Part shown: positions 48,182 through 56,917 of the stretch, piece after piece
How the letters are laid out: every line of letters begins with the position of its first letter
Position numbering within the stretch: the first letter of the stretch is position 1
From: a virus
IMG/VR virus record: IMGVR_UViG_3300027749_000095
Coordinates: 8,200-72,199 of that record
DNA length: 64,000 nucleotides
Strand: one strand, 5' to 3'
Made by a program: the position numbers and the translations under genes
Notes under the pieces: generated by a model
Told to the model about the DNA's origin: nothing
Seen by the model: only the letters and a program-made list of their open reading frames with translations
Database searches by the model: none

Positions 48182-50638
48182 TTATCCTTCAAATCCTGCA
48201 AGATCAGTGCTTTGTTGTATTTCTGCCGGCGTTCTAAGTTCGCCAGTACCGGTTGCACCGTCTGCTACTGCTGGTTTTACATTTTGATTATCTTGTAGTA
48301 ATTTAACTTCAGCGCCTTCGGCTGCTGAAGGATTTGAAGATTGTCCGGCACGTCTAACCACTGTTAGGTTCTGTATAAATCTACCACGATTGAACGTGCT
48401 TTCGATCGAAAGCACTTGGTATAACCCACTAAACTGATTTATTAATTTTGTGGGGCCAAATTTATATGCACCTTTACTTACATCAATATCAATTGGTGTT
48501 CTAAAATCCACAGTAATATCAACTTCACCAGTTTGATAATCAATGCTATAATCTGCTGTCATGTTCTCGTATTGAGATTTAGCGGCTGTATAATTCCCCA
48601 TACCACTATCCCCTAAGAAATAAGGATCACCTAAAATAGTTAGGTTAGCTTGTATCATGTCAAACGGGCTATTTAAAATATTATTTTGAAAATTTCGAGC
48701 TGCTGCTGTTTCTGGAGTGTCGCGGCCGCTGGTGCCGGTGCCGGTGTTTGTTTTAGTTTGATCATACCGTACTTCTTTTGTTGCTTCTCCCTCTAATGGC
48801 GTGTTAGATCCTGCTGCAGGATCGGCTGGCTGAGCGTCTTGGGCAGCATTTGCGCCGGACGACTCTTTTGCACGTTGCTGTCCTGAGTTATTTTTTGTAT
48901 TGTCTGCCGACATTGCAGAATAGAAAGATGCATTAAACTTAATATCAAAATTTAGAACATCTAAATTTTTAGCTGTATAGATATAATTGTACGCCTTGAC
49001 TGCTTGTGCTTTTGCCTTTTTAACTTTAGGATTGGCAGTATTTGGGGGCATAAAACTTGATGCATCAATGCCAAATGGCACCACTCGATACACAATAAGT
49101 TTTGGCTGTACACCGGTTTTGTCTATGTTAGCATTTGATGGTATTACATATACCTGAACTTCTATTCTCCACCATGGGATTTTTCCGGTGTCAGACAATT
49201 GTGTACTTGTCAATGCTTGTCGACCATAATCGCTCATTAACATAACTTGATTTATAGCATTGGGAATATCGGTACCTTGTGAGAATTTAAATGTACCTTC
49301 TGTTGGGTCGATTGAAATTTTTCCTCGGGTATATACTTTAGCTTTTTCATCGTATACTAATCCTTCCTTAGCAAACGATGGGTCGCCAATTCTCTCAGGC
49401 GTAAATCCCATACTTGATCTACCTAGCGCATTCATGTCTACTTCGTCTTGTAGTAACGTTCCGTTACCACCTTGGTCTTCAAGTTTAAGAGAAATCTTTA
49501 ATTTTGCATTTAAATCGTTGCCACTAACTGAACCAGTATTAGGAGCAGCAGTTGCACCAGCGTCTTCTGAAGATTCAGTTGGCCGGCCTGAACTTAAATC
49601 GTTTGGGAACATAATTAGTATTTGATCTGGAACCTTTATGATTTTTTTATCGGTTGCAGCAGCTTGCAATCTTTCATTTAATACAACTTGTAAACTACGT
49701 TCTCCGGTTTGTAACATTTGCCCAACTGTTTTACCCCTAATTGTAATATCAGTTTTAAGTTGTAAGTAGCTGCTGCTAAAACCTTTTTCATTCCACGGAA
49801 TTGCTGATACATCATATTCTGCACCACGGCCAGTTACTCGCATATCAATAGTGCTTAATTTTAAAGGAAAATGTTTTGTTGTTCTCTCAATAGACAATGA
49901 ATCTGCCGCAATGCCCTGCTGTGCAGAATTTAAATGGCCTTTAAACTCAACTGTTAATAGTAGCGGAACTGATTGCCAACTTTTGTACCCAGCATTTGTG
50001 GCGGCAAGTTGTAGAGATTCAAATAATAATCCCATGCTATACATTTCAGTAACTTTAAATTTTATTGAGGTAGCATTTGTGTTGCCAGTAGACTTGTCAA
50101 GGTTAATAACACTCCCTACACTTAAATTATCCATGAAGAAATCAAACTTACCATAGGCAGTGTTTACTCTATTCTCAGGAGATCCACTACCACTTTTAAA
50201 AATAATTTGGCCCAATTGTCCTTTCTTGTATGTTTCATTTGGAAAATTTATAGCAACTGGGTCAAGCACACTTAATGTAAAGATATAATTATAACTGGCG
50301 TAGTTGTGTAGAATATTTGACATGGGCAATGTAGTTCTTAAGTCTACCGCAGTTGCCGATGCGTTCATTGATTTGCTAATATTACCTAAGTCAACAATAT
50401 TTGATATTTGTGTTTGTATTGCACCCAGAGCTCCTGGGATTCCTGCAAGTTGTCCTGGAATTGCTGAGGATAATGCTGTGCCAAGGTTAGATATTCCGTT
50501 GGCTGCGGCTCGCTGTATGCCACTAATTGCACCGTTGACCGTGCCTAATGCACTAGCTAGAGTTGTATTTGATACAACTCTAGCTGCTTGGCTGACCGCT
50601 GATGTTGCAGAATTAATTGCAGAGTCAAATAATCCCAT
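48182..50638 (-). CDS. baseplate hub / tail protein (gp27-like position)
   Basis: C-terminal LTILGDPYFL...FSGLYQVLSIESTFNRGRFIQNL; immediately upstream of gp5-like gene. Confidence 0.6.
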   Translation of the reverse strand: MGLFDSAINSATSAVSQAARVVSNTTLASALGTVNGAISGIQRAAANGISNLGTALSSAIPGQLAGIPGALGAIQTQISNIVDLGNISKSMNASATAVDLRTTLPMSNILHNYASYNYIFTLSVLDPVAINFPNETYKKGQLGQIIFKSGSGSPENRVNTAYGKFDFFMDNLSVGSVINLDKSTGNTNATSIKFKVTEMYSMGLLFESLQLAATNAGYKSWQSVPLLLTVEFKGHLNSAQQGIAADSLSIERTTKHFPLKLSTIDMRVTGRGAEYDVSAIPWNEKGFSSSYLQLKTDITIRGKTVGQMLQTGERSLQVVLNERLQAAATDKKIIKVPDQILIMFPNDLSSGRPTESSEDAGATAAPNTGSVSGNDLNAKLKISLKLEDQGGNGTLLQDEVDMNALGRSSMGFTPERIGDPSFAKEGLVYDEKAKVYTRGKISIDPTEGTFKFSQGTDIPNAINQVMLMSDYGRQALTSTQLSDTGKIPWWRIEVQVYVIPSNANIDKTGVQPKLIVYRVVPFGIDASSFMPPNTANPKVKKAKAQAVKAYNYIYTAKNLDVLNFDIKFNASFYSAMSADNTKNNSGQQRAKESSGANAAQDAQPADPAAGSNTPLEGEATKEVRYDQTKTNTGTGTSGRDTPETAAARNFQNNILNSPFDMIQANLTILGDPYFLGDSGMGNYTAAKSQYENMTADYSIDYQTGEVDITVDFRTPIDIDVSKGAYKFGPTKLINQFSGLYQVLSIESTFNRGRFIQNLTVVRRAGQSSNPSAAEGAEVKLLQDNQNVKPAVADGATGTGELRTPAEIQQSTDLAGFEG

Positions 50639-50639
50639 G

Positions 50640-50939
50640 TTATAATCCTAATATATCTGTCAAACTTGATTTTTTAGGTAAGTGAATTTGAGTACCTGCA
50701 ATAAAATCGTATATAGGATCTTGCAGAATATCTAAGTTTCTTTGAATAAACACCCACCATAACTTATTAGTGCCGTAAAGGTCATATGCCAATAAATCTG
50801 GACGATGACTGTACTGTGGTTCTATTGTATAAATTGGGTCGTCTGCTTCAGAGCTTACTGGGCGAATTTTTAAAATTCCCAGGTAATTGTTTTCGATTGT
50901 GGTGTTTGCCCACGGGCTTGTATTAGAATAAGTTGCCAT
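50640..50939 (-). CDS. baseplate wedge protein, T4 gp53/LysM-like
   Basis: RPDLLAYDLYGTNKLWWVF...N. Confidence 0.8.
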   Translation of the reverse strand: MATYSNTSPWANTTIENNYLGILKIRPVSSEADDPIYTIEPQYSHRPDLLAYDLYGTNKLWWVFIQRNLDILQDPIYDFIAGTQIHLPKKSSLTDILGL

Positions 50940-52006
50940 TAGATATATCCACCTGATCCATTAACATACCCACCTGTTACAAATTTTTGCAAGCTAAATT
51001 GTCTAACTGCTTCTCTGCTATACACTGGCTGTAGGGTAACCGTTAATGTGCTTTTGTTTGGTACATGCGTATTGCCAGTGGCTGTTGGAAATACTCCGCC
51101 GACTCCTTGGCCGGCGCCACTTACCGCACTGACAACTCCTCCAATTTGTCCGAGGGCAGTTGCTGCCGTACCTATTGCATTTGCTAGTTTACCGGCACCA
51201 AGATTTCCTGCTATACCGGCGATGCCTGCTCCTAATGCTGCAATACCCGATACTGTAGACGCGGTGCCGCCTGATGCTGCTCCAAACCCACTAAATCCTT
51301 CTGTACCCATCGTTGTGGCAATATAATTTGCATCCGCTGGGAGATCAATGCTAAAACTAGTAATCACTACAGGCACATTTTTAAAAACAAAATCGCCATA
51401 TCCATTTAAAGATAAAATTGGTGGCGGGCTTCCTGCTGACTCACCGTCACCCGAATACATCTTAGTAGCAGATCTTAAAAAATGCACCGCAGCAATCCAA
51501 TACTGTGCTTGGACAGCATCTTCAACGTTAAACGGACCAGAAATAGAAATAGCATTTGCTTTGCTATTTTGATATGCCATGAATTGATAATTCTGATGTG
51601 TAATTGCAACATCATCATAACTTGCACTATGAGAAATACTTATTGTGGGTGTGTATGGGAATACTAATCCACCTGCGTTTTTCAACGGGGCAAGTACACT
51701 ACTTGATGCAAAAAAGTTTGGAGGTATCGATAGTCGAACCCGCCAATCGTCGGAATTACCAGGTCCGGTAAATGATACTCTAGCGGCTGCGGCTGCGGCG
51801 CCCATGCCTCCGGTTCCCGGTAAGTTGATGCTTCGTAATGCAGAGATTAGTCCGGCAGGGTTTGATAAATTATTGAGTGCGCCGGCTAATTTGCTAGCAG
51901 TGCCTAATGCCCCCTGTAACCCGCCCACTGCGCCGCTGATCGACGAACCAATAGATTGTGCTTGACCCACTACCGAACTGATCGACGAACCTATATCAAA
52001 TGCCAT
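50939..52006 (-). CDS. baseplate / tail tube initiator-type protein
   Basis: LVFPYTPTI, HFLRSATKM, PPPILSLNGYG, VPVVITSFSIDLP. Confidence 0.6.
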   Translation of the reverse strand: MAFDIGSSISSVVGQAQSIGSSISGAVGGLQGALGTASKLAGALNNLSNPAGLISALRSINLPGTGGMGAAAAAARVSFTGPGNSDDWRVRLSIPPNFFASSSVLAPLKNAGGLVFPYTPTISISHSASYDDVAITHQNYQFMAYQNSKANAISISGPFNVEDAVQAQYWIAAVHFLRSATKMYSGDGESAGSPPPILSLNGYGDFVFKNVPVVITSFSIDLPADANYIATTMGTEGFSGFGAASGGTASTVSGIAALGAGIAGIAGNLGAGKLANAIGTAATALGQIGGVVSAVSGAGQGVGGVFPTATGNTHVPNKSTLTVTLQPVYSREAVRQFSLQKFVTGGYVNGSGGYI

Positions 52007-52026
52007 TATGGACTCCTTTGTTACTC

Positions 52027-52032
52027 TATTTA
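52027..52032 (-). promoter_or_regulatory. late promoter TAAATA at the head of the baseplate operon
   Basis: CTAAATAG upstream of AAAGGAG RBS of the 52006 gene. Confidence 0.6.
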
Positions 52033-52033
52033 G

Positions 52034-52062
52034 TTGACAAAATTAAGTGCATAGTTTATAAT
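52034..52062 (+). promoter_or_regulatory. consensus sigma70 promoter of the late sigma factor gene
   Basis: TTGACA-17 nt-TATAAT. Confidence 0.85.
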
Positions 52063-52081
52063 ATTATAAAATAGGACTACA

Positions 52082-52903
52082 ATGAAAATAAATTATTTGA
52101 ACAATAAAGATCTACTAGAAGAAATACATAAAAGCAAGAATACGTTTTGTAGTTTTATTGATCCATCATTTCATCGATACGATCTTATTTTACCAAGTAT
52201 TGATAAAATCAATATAAGAACTATTGCCGAGGCTAAAAGAGCGCAGGCAAAACGGCAAGGTAGCGAAGAATACCAGCGCCGTAAAGCACTTGGCGAAAAG
52301 GTCAAGCAAGCAGATACAGATGTTGATTATAAGAAAATTGCTAAGACTGATGTAGTTTTTCGAATTATGACATTTGACCATATTCCATTAAACGGTACAC
52401 GCAAGAAAAATCCAAAAAGTTTAGCAGATCACAGAGACAAAGTAAACTTCCCTCCATTCCAACATTGGAAATTTGATGATAAAGACATTCTAGTATGTGT
52501 TGGTAAATCGCACTGGAAAGGTGATCTAGAAAAAGGCAAGTTTAATAAAGATCACGGGCAAATTACCAATACGTTAGCTCGTATGTACATTAAATTATGT
52601 GAAAGATATGCTACTCGCGGCAATGTGCGTGGCTACACGTACAACGATGAAATGCGGGGACAAGCTATCCTACAGCTAACGCAAATTGGTTTACAGTTTG
52701 ACGAATCAAAAAGCGATAATCCGTTTGCATACTTTACTGCTGCGGTTACAAATAGTTTTGTTCGAATTATTAACTTAGAAAAACGCAATCAAAACATCCG
52801 TGATGACTTATTAGAGATCAACGGCATGAATCCAAGTTACTCAAGAACTGGGGCTGGAGAACATGCAGCGGCTGTTAAACGAAATGAAGAAAATATCGAT
52901 TGA
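52082..52903 (+). CDS. late-transcription sigma factor, T4 gp55-like
   Basis: NYLNNKDLL; RGYTYNDEM...FDESKSDNPFAYFT; upstream of gp47/gp46 as in T4. Confidence 0.85.
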   Translation: MKINYLNNKDLLEEIHKSKNTFCSFIDPSFHRYDLILPSIDKINIRTIAEAKRAQAKRQGSEEYQRRKALGEKVKQADTDVDYKKIAKTDVVFRIMTFDHIPLNGTRKKNPKSLADHRDKVNFPPFQHWKFDDKDILVCVGKSHWKGDLEKGKFNKDHGQITNTLARMYIKLCERYATRGNVRGYTYNDEMRGQAILQLTQIGLQFDESKSDNPFAYFTAAVTNSFVRIINLEKRNQNIRDDLLEINGMNPSYSRTGAGEHAAAVKRNEENID

Positions 52904-52928
52904 CCTGTTGTTCTAAAACAACTATAAT
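52900..52928 (+). promoter_or_regulatory. sigma70-type promoter with palindromic spacer
   Basis: TTGACC-17 nt-TATAAT; spacer contains GTTGTT-CTAA-AACAAC. Confidence 0.7.
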
Positions 52929-52948
52929 GTAATGATGGAGAATGCATA

Positions 52949-53962
52949 TTGAGTAATCTTTTTAAAAAAGTAGCCTGTTTTACTGATCTACATTTTGGAC
53001 TTAAAAGTAACAGTTCAGTACACAACCAAGACTGCGAAGATTTTGTAGACTGGTACATTGCAAAGGCAAAGGAGGAAGGCTGTGACACTGGAATTTTTAT
53101 GGGCGATTGGCATCACAATCGAAATAGTCTTAATATCACTACTATGGACTATAGCCTTAGGGCCTTGGAAAAGCTCGGTAAGGCGTTTGATCAGTTTTTC
53201 TTCTTTCCTGGCAATCACGATCTTTATTACAAAGACAAGCGGGATATTCACTCAGTTGAGTTTGGAAAATACATACCAGGCATTACTGTGGTACACAAGC
53301 CTACTACCATTGGCGATGTTACACTTTGCCCGTGGCTCGTCGGGGACGAGTGGAAAACTGTAGGCAATAAAGGCGGCAAGTATATCTTTGGTCACTTTGA
53401 ATTGCCCAGCTTCTTCATGAACGCCATGATTCAAATGCCCGATCATGGGGAAATCAATCTTGACAACTTTAAAAATTACGAAATGGGGTTTAGTGGGCAT
53501 TTCCACAAGCGTCAACAACAACGCAATATGATTTATATTGGTAATGCGTTCCCTCATAACTATGCAGACAACTGGGATGACGATCGAGGTATGATGATTT
53601 TAGAATGGGGTGGGGTTCCAGAATATCATTCCTGGCCTTTGCAACCCACATTCCGAACAGTGAAACTAAGTCAACTTATTGATGATGCCGATAAAATCAT
53701 ATTGCCACGACAACATCTGCGTGTTAGTTTAGATATTGACATTAGTTACGAAGAAGCTAGCTTTATTAAAGAGAAATTTATAAGCGATTACAATATTAGA
53801 GAATTAACATTAATTCCGGAAAAGAAAGATATTGAAATTAACACAAATATTGATATTCAAGCATTTGAAAGTGTTGATCAAATCGTTAGCAATCAATTAA
53901 TCAGTATTGAAAGTGATACATTCGATCCTAAAATTTTACTGAGTATCTATAATAGCCTATGA
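52949..53962 (+). CDS. recombination nuclease, T4 gp47 / Mre11 / SbcD-like
   Basis: DLHFG, GDWHH, GNHD, GHF, SGHFH phosphoesterase motifs; TTG start after GGAG. Confidence 0.92.
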   Translation: MSNLFKKVACFTDLHFGLKSNSSVHNQDCEDFVDWYIAKAKEEGCDTGIFMGDWHHNRNSLNITTMDYSLRALEKLGKAFDQFFFFPGNHDLYYKDKRDIHSVEFGKYIPGITVVHKPTTIGDVTLCPWLVGDEWKTVGNKGGKYIFGHFELPSFFMNAMIQMPDHGEINLDNFKNYEMGFSGHFHKRQQQRNMIYIGNAFPHNYADNWDDDRGMMILEWGGVPEYHSWPLQPTFRTVKLSQLIDDADKIILPRQHLRVSLDIDISYEEASFIKEKFISDYNIRELTLIPEKKDIEINTNIDIQAFESVDQIVSNQLISIESDTFDPKILLSIYNSL

Positions 53963-55737
53963 TAAAAATAAAGGAATTAACCGTACGTAATTTTATGAGC
54001 GTGGGTAATCAAACCCAAGCTGTAAACTTTGGTCGTGAACAACTAACCTTAGTACTAGGTGAGAATCTAGATCAAGGTGGAGATGATAACGGAAGTCGAA
54101 ATGGTACAGGTAAAACTACTATCGTTAATGCATTAAGTTTTGCATTGTACGGAGTTGCATTAACTAACATCAAGAAAGACAACTTAATTAACAAGATCAA
54201 CTCTAAAGGAATGCTAGTTACTTTAACATTTTCTAAAGATGATGTAGAATATCGTATTGAACGCGGTCGTAAGCCCACTGTAATGCGATTTTACATTAAT
54301 AATCAAGAACAGAGTACAGAAACTACTGATGAAAGTCAAGGTGATATGCGGGAAACGCAAAAGGACCTTGATGAATTGTTGGGCATGAGTCACGATATGT
54401 TTAGACATATTGTTGCGCTCAACACTTATACTGAACCGTTCCTTAGTTTAAAGGCTAACGAGCAACGAGAAATCATTGAACAACTTCTAGGCATTACATT
54501 ACTGTCAGAAAAGGCAGATGCTCTCAAAGAACAAATTAGAATTAGCAAAGAATCAATCTATCAAGAGACTGCTGATATCGAAGCTGCTAAAAAATCTAAT
54601 GAAAAAATACAAATTAGTATCACAGGGCTAGAGACTAGACAGAACGCATGGTATAGTCAACAAAAAACAGACTGTGAAAAGATTACAAAAAGCATTAATG
54701 AACTTAAAAGTGTACATATCGAAGCTGAATTAGAGCAACATTCTAAACTAAAAGTGTATAATGAACATGCCGCTAAGATAAAGAGTCTTAATAAAGAACG
54801 TGCTACACTTGAAACTGCTGTTATTCAAGCAGATCGATCAGTGATCAAATATACTAAAGAAGTAGAACAGTTAAAAAATAAGACATGTCCAGCATGTGAG
54901 CAACAGTTGCATAGTCACAAGCATGAAGAAATGTCTGCTGATGCTGAAAAGAACCTTACAGACTCTGAGTTGTATCTAAAAGGTCTTGCAGATAGCTATG
55001 CTACTGTACTTCAAGAGTTAGAAACTATTGGGGATATTAACGGCCGACCGGAAACTTACTACGATACTGTAGAAGAAGCACTCAAACATCAAAACAATCT
55101 TACAAGTTTTGAAACAGCATTGGATAATAGACAACAAGAGAAAGATCCTTATCAAGAACAGATTGATGATCTTAAGCATACTGCTATTCAAGAAATATCT
55201 TGGGATAACATTAATGCTGTAACTTCTTTAAAAGACCATCAAGAGTTCTTGTTAAAGTTGTTGACTAACAAAGATAGTTTTATTCGTAAGAAGATTATTG
55301 ATCAAAACTTAGCATATCTAAACAATAGACTTACATATTATCTTGACAAGATGGGACTACCACATACTGTTGTATTCCAGAATGACTTAAATGTAGAAAT
55401 TACACAGTTAGGTCAAGATCTTGACTTTGATAACTTATCACGCGGTGAACGTAATAGATTAATCCTTGGATTGTCGTGGTCGTTTCGTGATGTGTGGGAA
55501 AGTTTGTATCAAAACATTAACTTACTGTTCATCGATGAACTCGTTGACAACGGATTAGATGCCGCTGGAGTTGAAAACGCACTGGGCGTACTTAAAAAGA
55601 TGGCACGTGAGCGTAAAAAGAATATTTTCTTAATCTCTCACAAAGATGAATTGATTGGGCGTGTTAATAATGTACTTAAAGTTATTAAAGAAAACGGATT
55701 CACATCATATAGCAATGATATTGAGATTGTAGAATGA
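53959..55737 (+). CDS. recombination ATPase, T4 gp46 / Rad50 / SbcC-like
   Basis: NGTGKTT, zinc hook CPAC, LSRGE, LFIDE, ISH. Confidence 0.93.
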   Translation: MIKIKELTVRNFMSVGNQTQAVNFGREQLTLVLGENLDQGGDDNGSRNGTGKTTIVNALSFALYGVALTNIKKDNLINKINSKGMLVTLTFSKDDVEYRIERGRKPTVMRFYINNQEQSTETTDESQGDMRETQKDLDELLGMSHDMFRHIVALNTYTEPFLSLKANEQREIIEQLLGITLLSEKADALKEQIRISKESIYQETADIEAAKKSNEKIQISITGLETRQNAWYSQQKTDCEKITKSINELKSVHIEAELEQHSKLKVYNEHAAKIKSLNKERATLETAVIQADRSVIKYTKEVEQLKNKTCPACEQQLHSHKHEEMSADAEKNLTDSELYLKGLADSYATVLQELETIGDINGRPETYYDTVEEALKHQNNLTSFETALDNRQQEKDPYQEQIDDLKHTAIQEISWDNINAVTSLKDHQEFLLKLLTNKDSFIRKKIIDQNLAYLNNRLTYYLDKMGLPHTVVFQNDLNVEITQLGQDLDFDNLSRGERNRLILGLSWSFRDVWESLYQNINLLFIDELVDNGLDAAGVENALGVLKKMARERKKNIFLISHKDELIGRVNNVLKVIKENGFTSYSNDIEIVE

Positions 55738-56009
55738 ACTATGAAGAGTTGCACGATAAGTTAATGGCAGAACTCAGAGAATACTTTGAGGACTATCAAA
55801 ACTGGGCAACTACTGAGTCGCATGCCGCTGGTATGCGTACTCGCGCACATCTTTCGGAACTTAGACGCATTGCAAGTGCATTGCGAGTTCAAATTATAGA
55901 TATTCGCAAGACTAAACCAAAAATTAAATCTCCTGCATACAGAGCTGCAAAGCTCGCAGAACAACAACTTCAAAAACAACAGGCAAACAAGGATGATGAT
56001 GCTAACTAA
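55734..56009 (+). CDS. small helical basic protein, Hc1 (histone H1-like) N-domain-like
   Basis: AAGMRTRAHLSELRRIASALR resembles the AAGxRARKxxxEL helix; Lys-rich tail. Confidence 0.5.
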   Translation: MNYEELHDKLMAELREYFEDYQNWATTESHAAGMRTRAHLSELRRIASALRVQIIDIRKTKPKIKSPAYRAAKLAEQQLQKQQANKDDDAN

Positions 56010-56012
56010 AGC

Positions 56013-56441
56013 ATGTCATGGACTTATCAGAATGAAATTATTGAAACACTCCCTGAAGAGTGTATCGGATTTGTATATCTTATAACCAATGTCATCTCTG
56101 GACGCAAATATATAGGCAAAAAATTAGCCAAGTTCGCTAAGACCACAGTTAAAACTGTAAAATTAAAGAACGGGACTAAGAAAAAAAAGAAGATTCGCAG
56201 TAAGATTGATTCTGACTGGCGCGACTATTACGGTAGTAGCGTAGAATTAACTAAAGACATAGACACCTTAGGCAAAGAAAACTTCACTCGAGAAATACTA
56301 TATTACTGTACATCAAAGGCGCAATGCTCTTACATCGAGGCCAGAGAACAATTTTCCCGCAAAGTATTAGAATCAACTGACTATTATAACGGACAGATTT
56401 CTGTTCGTGTACATGGCTCACACATTATATTAAAATCTTAG
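56013..56441 (+). CDS. single-domain GIY-YIG nuclease (Seg-like)
   Basis: GFVYLITN...KYIGKK, YYGSS, FTREIL, E, YYN; basic insert; no C-terminal DNA-binding domain. Confidence 0.85.
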   Translation: MSWTYQNEIIETLPEECIGFVYLITNVISGRKYIGKKLAKFAKTTVKTVKLKNGTKKKKKIRSKIDSDWRDYYGSSVELTKDIDTLGKENFTREILYYCTSKAQCSYIEAREQFSRKVLESTDYYNGQISVRVHGSHIILKS

Positions 56442-56444
56442 GCT

Positions 56445-56800
56445 CAACAAGCAGTAATAAGCAAGCGTTGGCTAATATCGAACGCCCGTATACCTGGATC
56501 TCGGATCTCAGGGAAGGAAACTCTAGCTGCTAAGAGTACTTAACCACCATCCTTAACAGGACGAGGATCGCAAAGCTGCCGCGGTTTGGTTATTTAAAGG
56601 AAAGTCAAAGGCAAAAAGAGGGAGAAATACCCACGTTTGCATGTATGTTAGCGTATACATGTGAGCCGCCGTCATATAAAGACACAGCTCGAGGTACCGG
56701 ATGACCGCCTCTGTAATGCTGTAACGCTAAGTGATATTGTTCAACTCAGATAATGTTTCTTCTTTGCCCGCAAGGGCAAAGTGTGACTGAACAATCTAGA
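56445..56800 (+). ncRNA. putative large structured non-coding RNA, unclassified; boundaries approximate
   Basis: No ORF of 60 aa or more. Nested stems: CTTTGCCC-GCAA-GGGCAAAG (56762-56781) inside ATTGTTCA/TGAACAAT; GCATGTATG/TATACATGT; TAACCA/TGGTTA enclosing ATCCT/AGGAT; ACAGC/GCTGT enclosing GAGG/CCTC; G-U pairs favour the + strand. Confidence 0.55.
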
Positions 56801-56890
56801 TAATATTAAAAATGCTTCGCATCAAGTATAATTAAATAAAGAAAGAAATAGTTCGAGCGATAGCGATGAACAGATGAACGCAGTTCATCA

Positions 56891-56896
56891 TAAATA
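56891..56896 (+). promoter_or_regulatory. late promoter TAAATA
   Basis: ATAAATAC 21 nt upstream of the 56918 ATG. Confidence 0.55.
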
Positions 56897-56917
56897 CAAT
56901 ATAATGCAGAGATCTCT

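Noticed and set aside
25003-51965. Numerous + strand ORFs antisense to structural genes, and 61739-62485 on the - strand
   Set aside because: Shadow ORFs from codon bias or repeats on the coding strand; no RBS or protein motifs.
56441-56917. tRNA, group I intron or RNase P RNA in the non-coding gap
   Set aside because: No cloverleaf with a T-arm, no recognisable group I P7 core or RNase P P4 motif, and the flanking genes are not interrupted. Needs Infernal to exclude formally.
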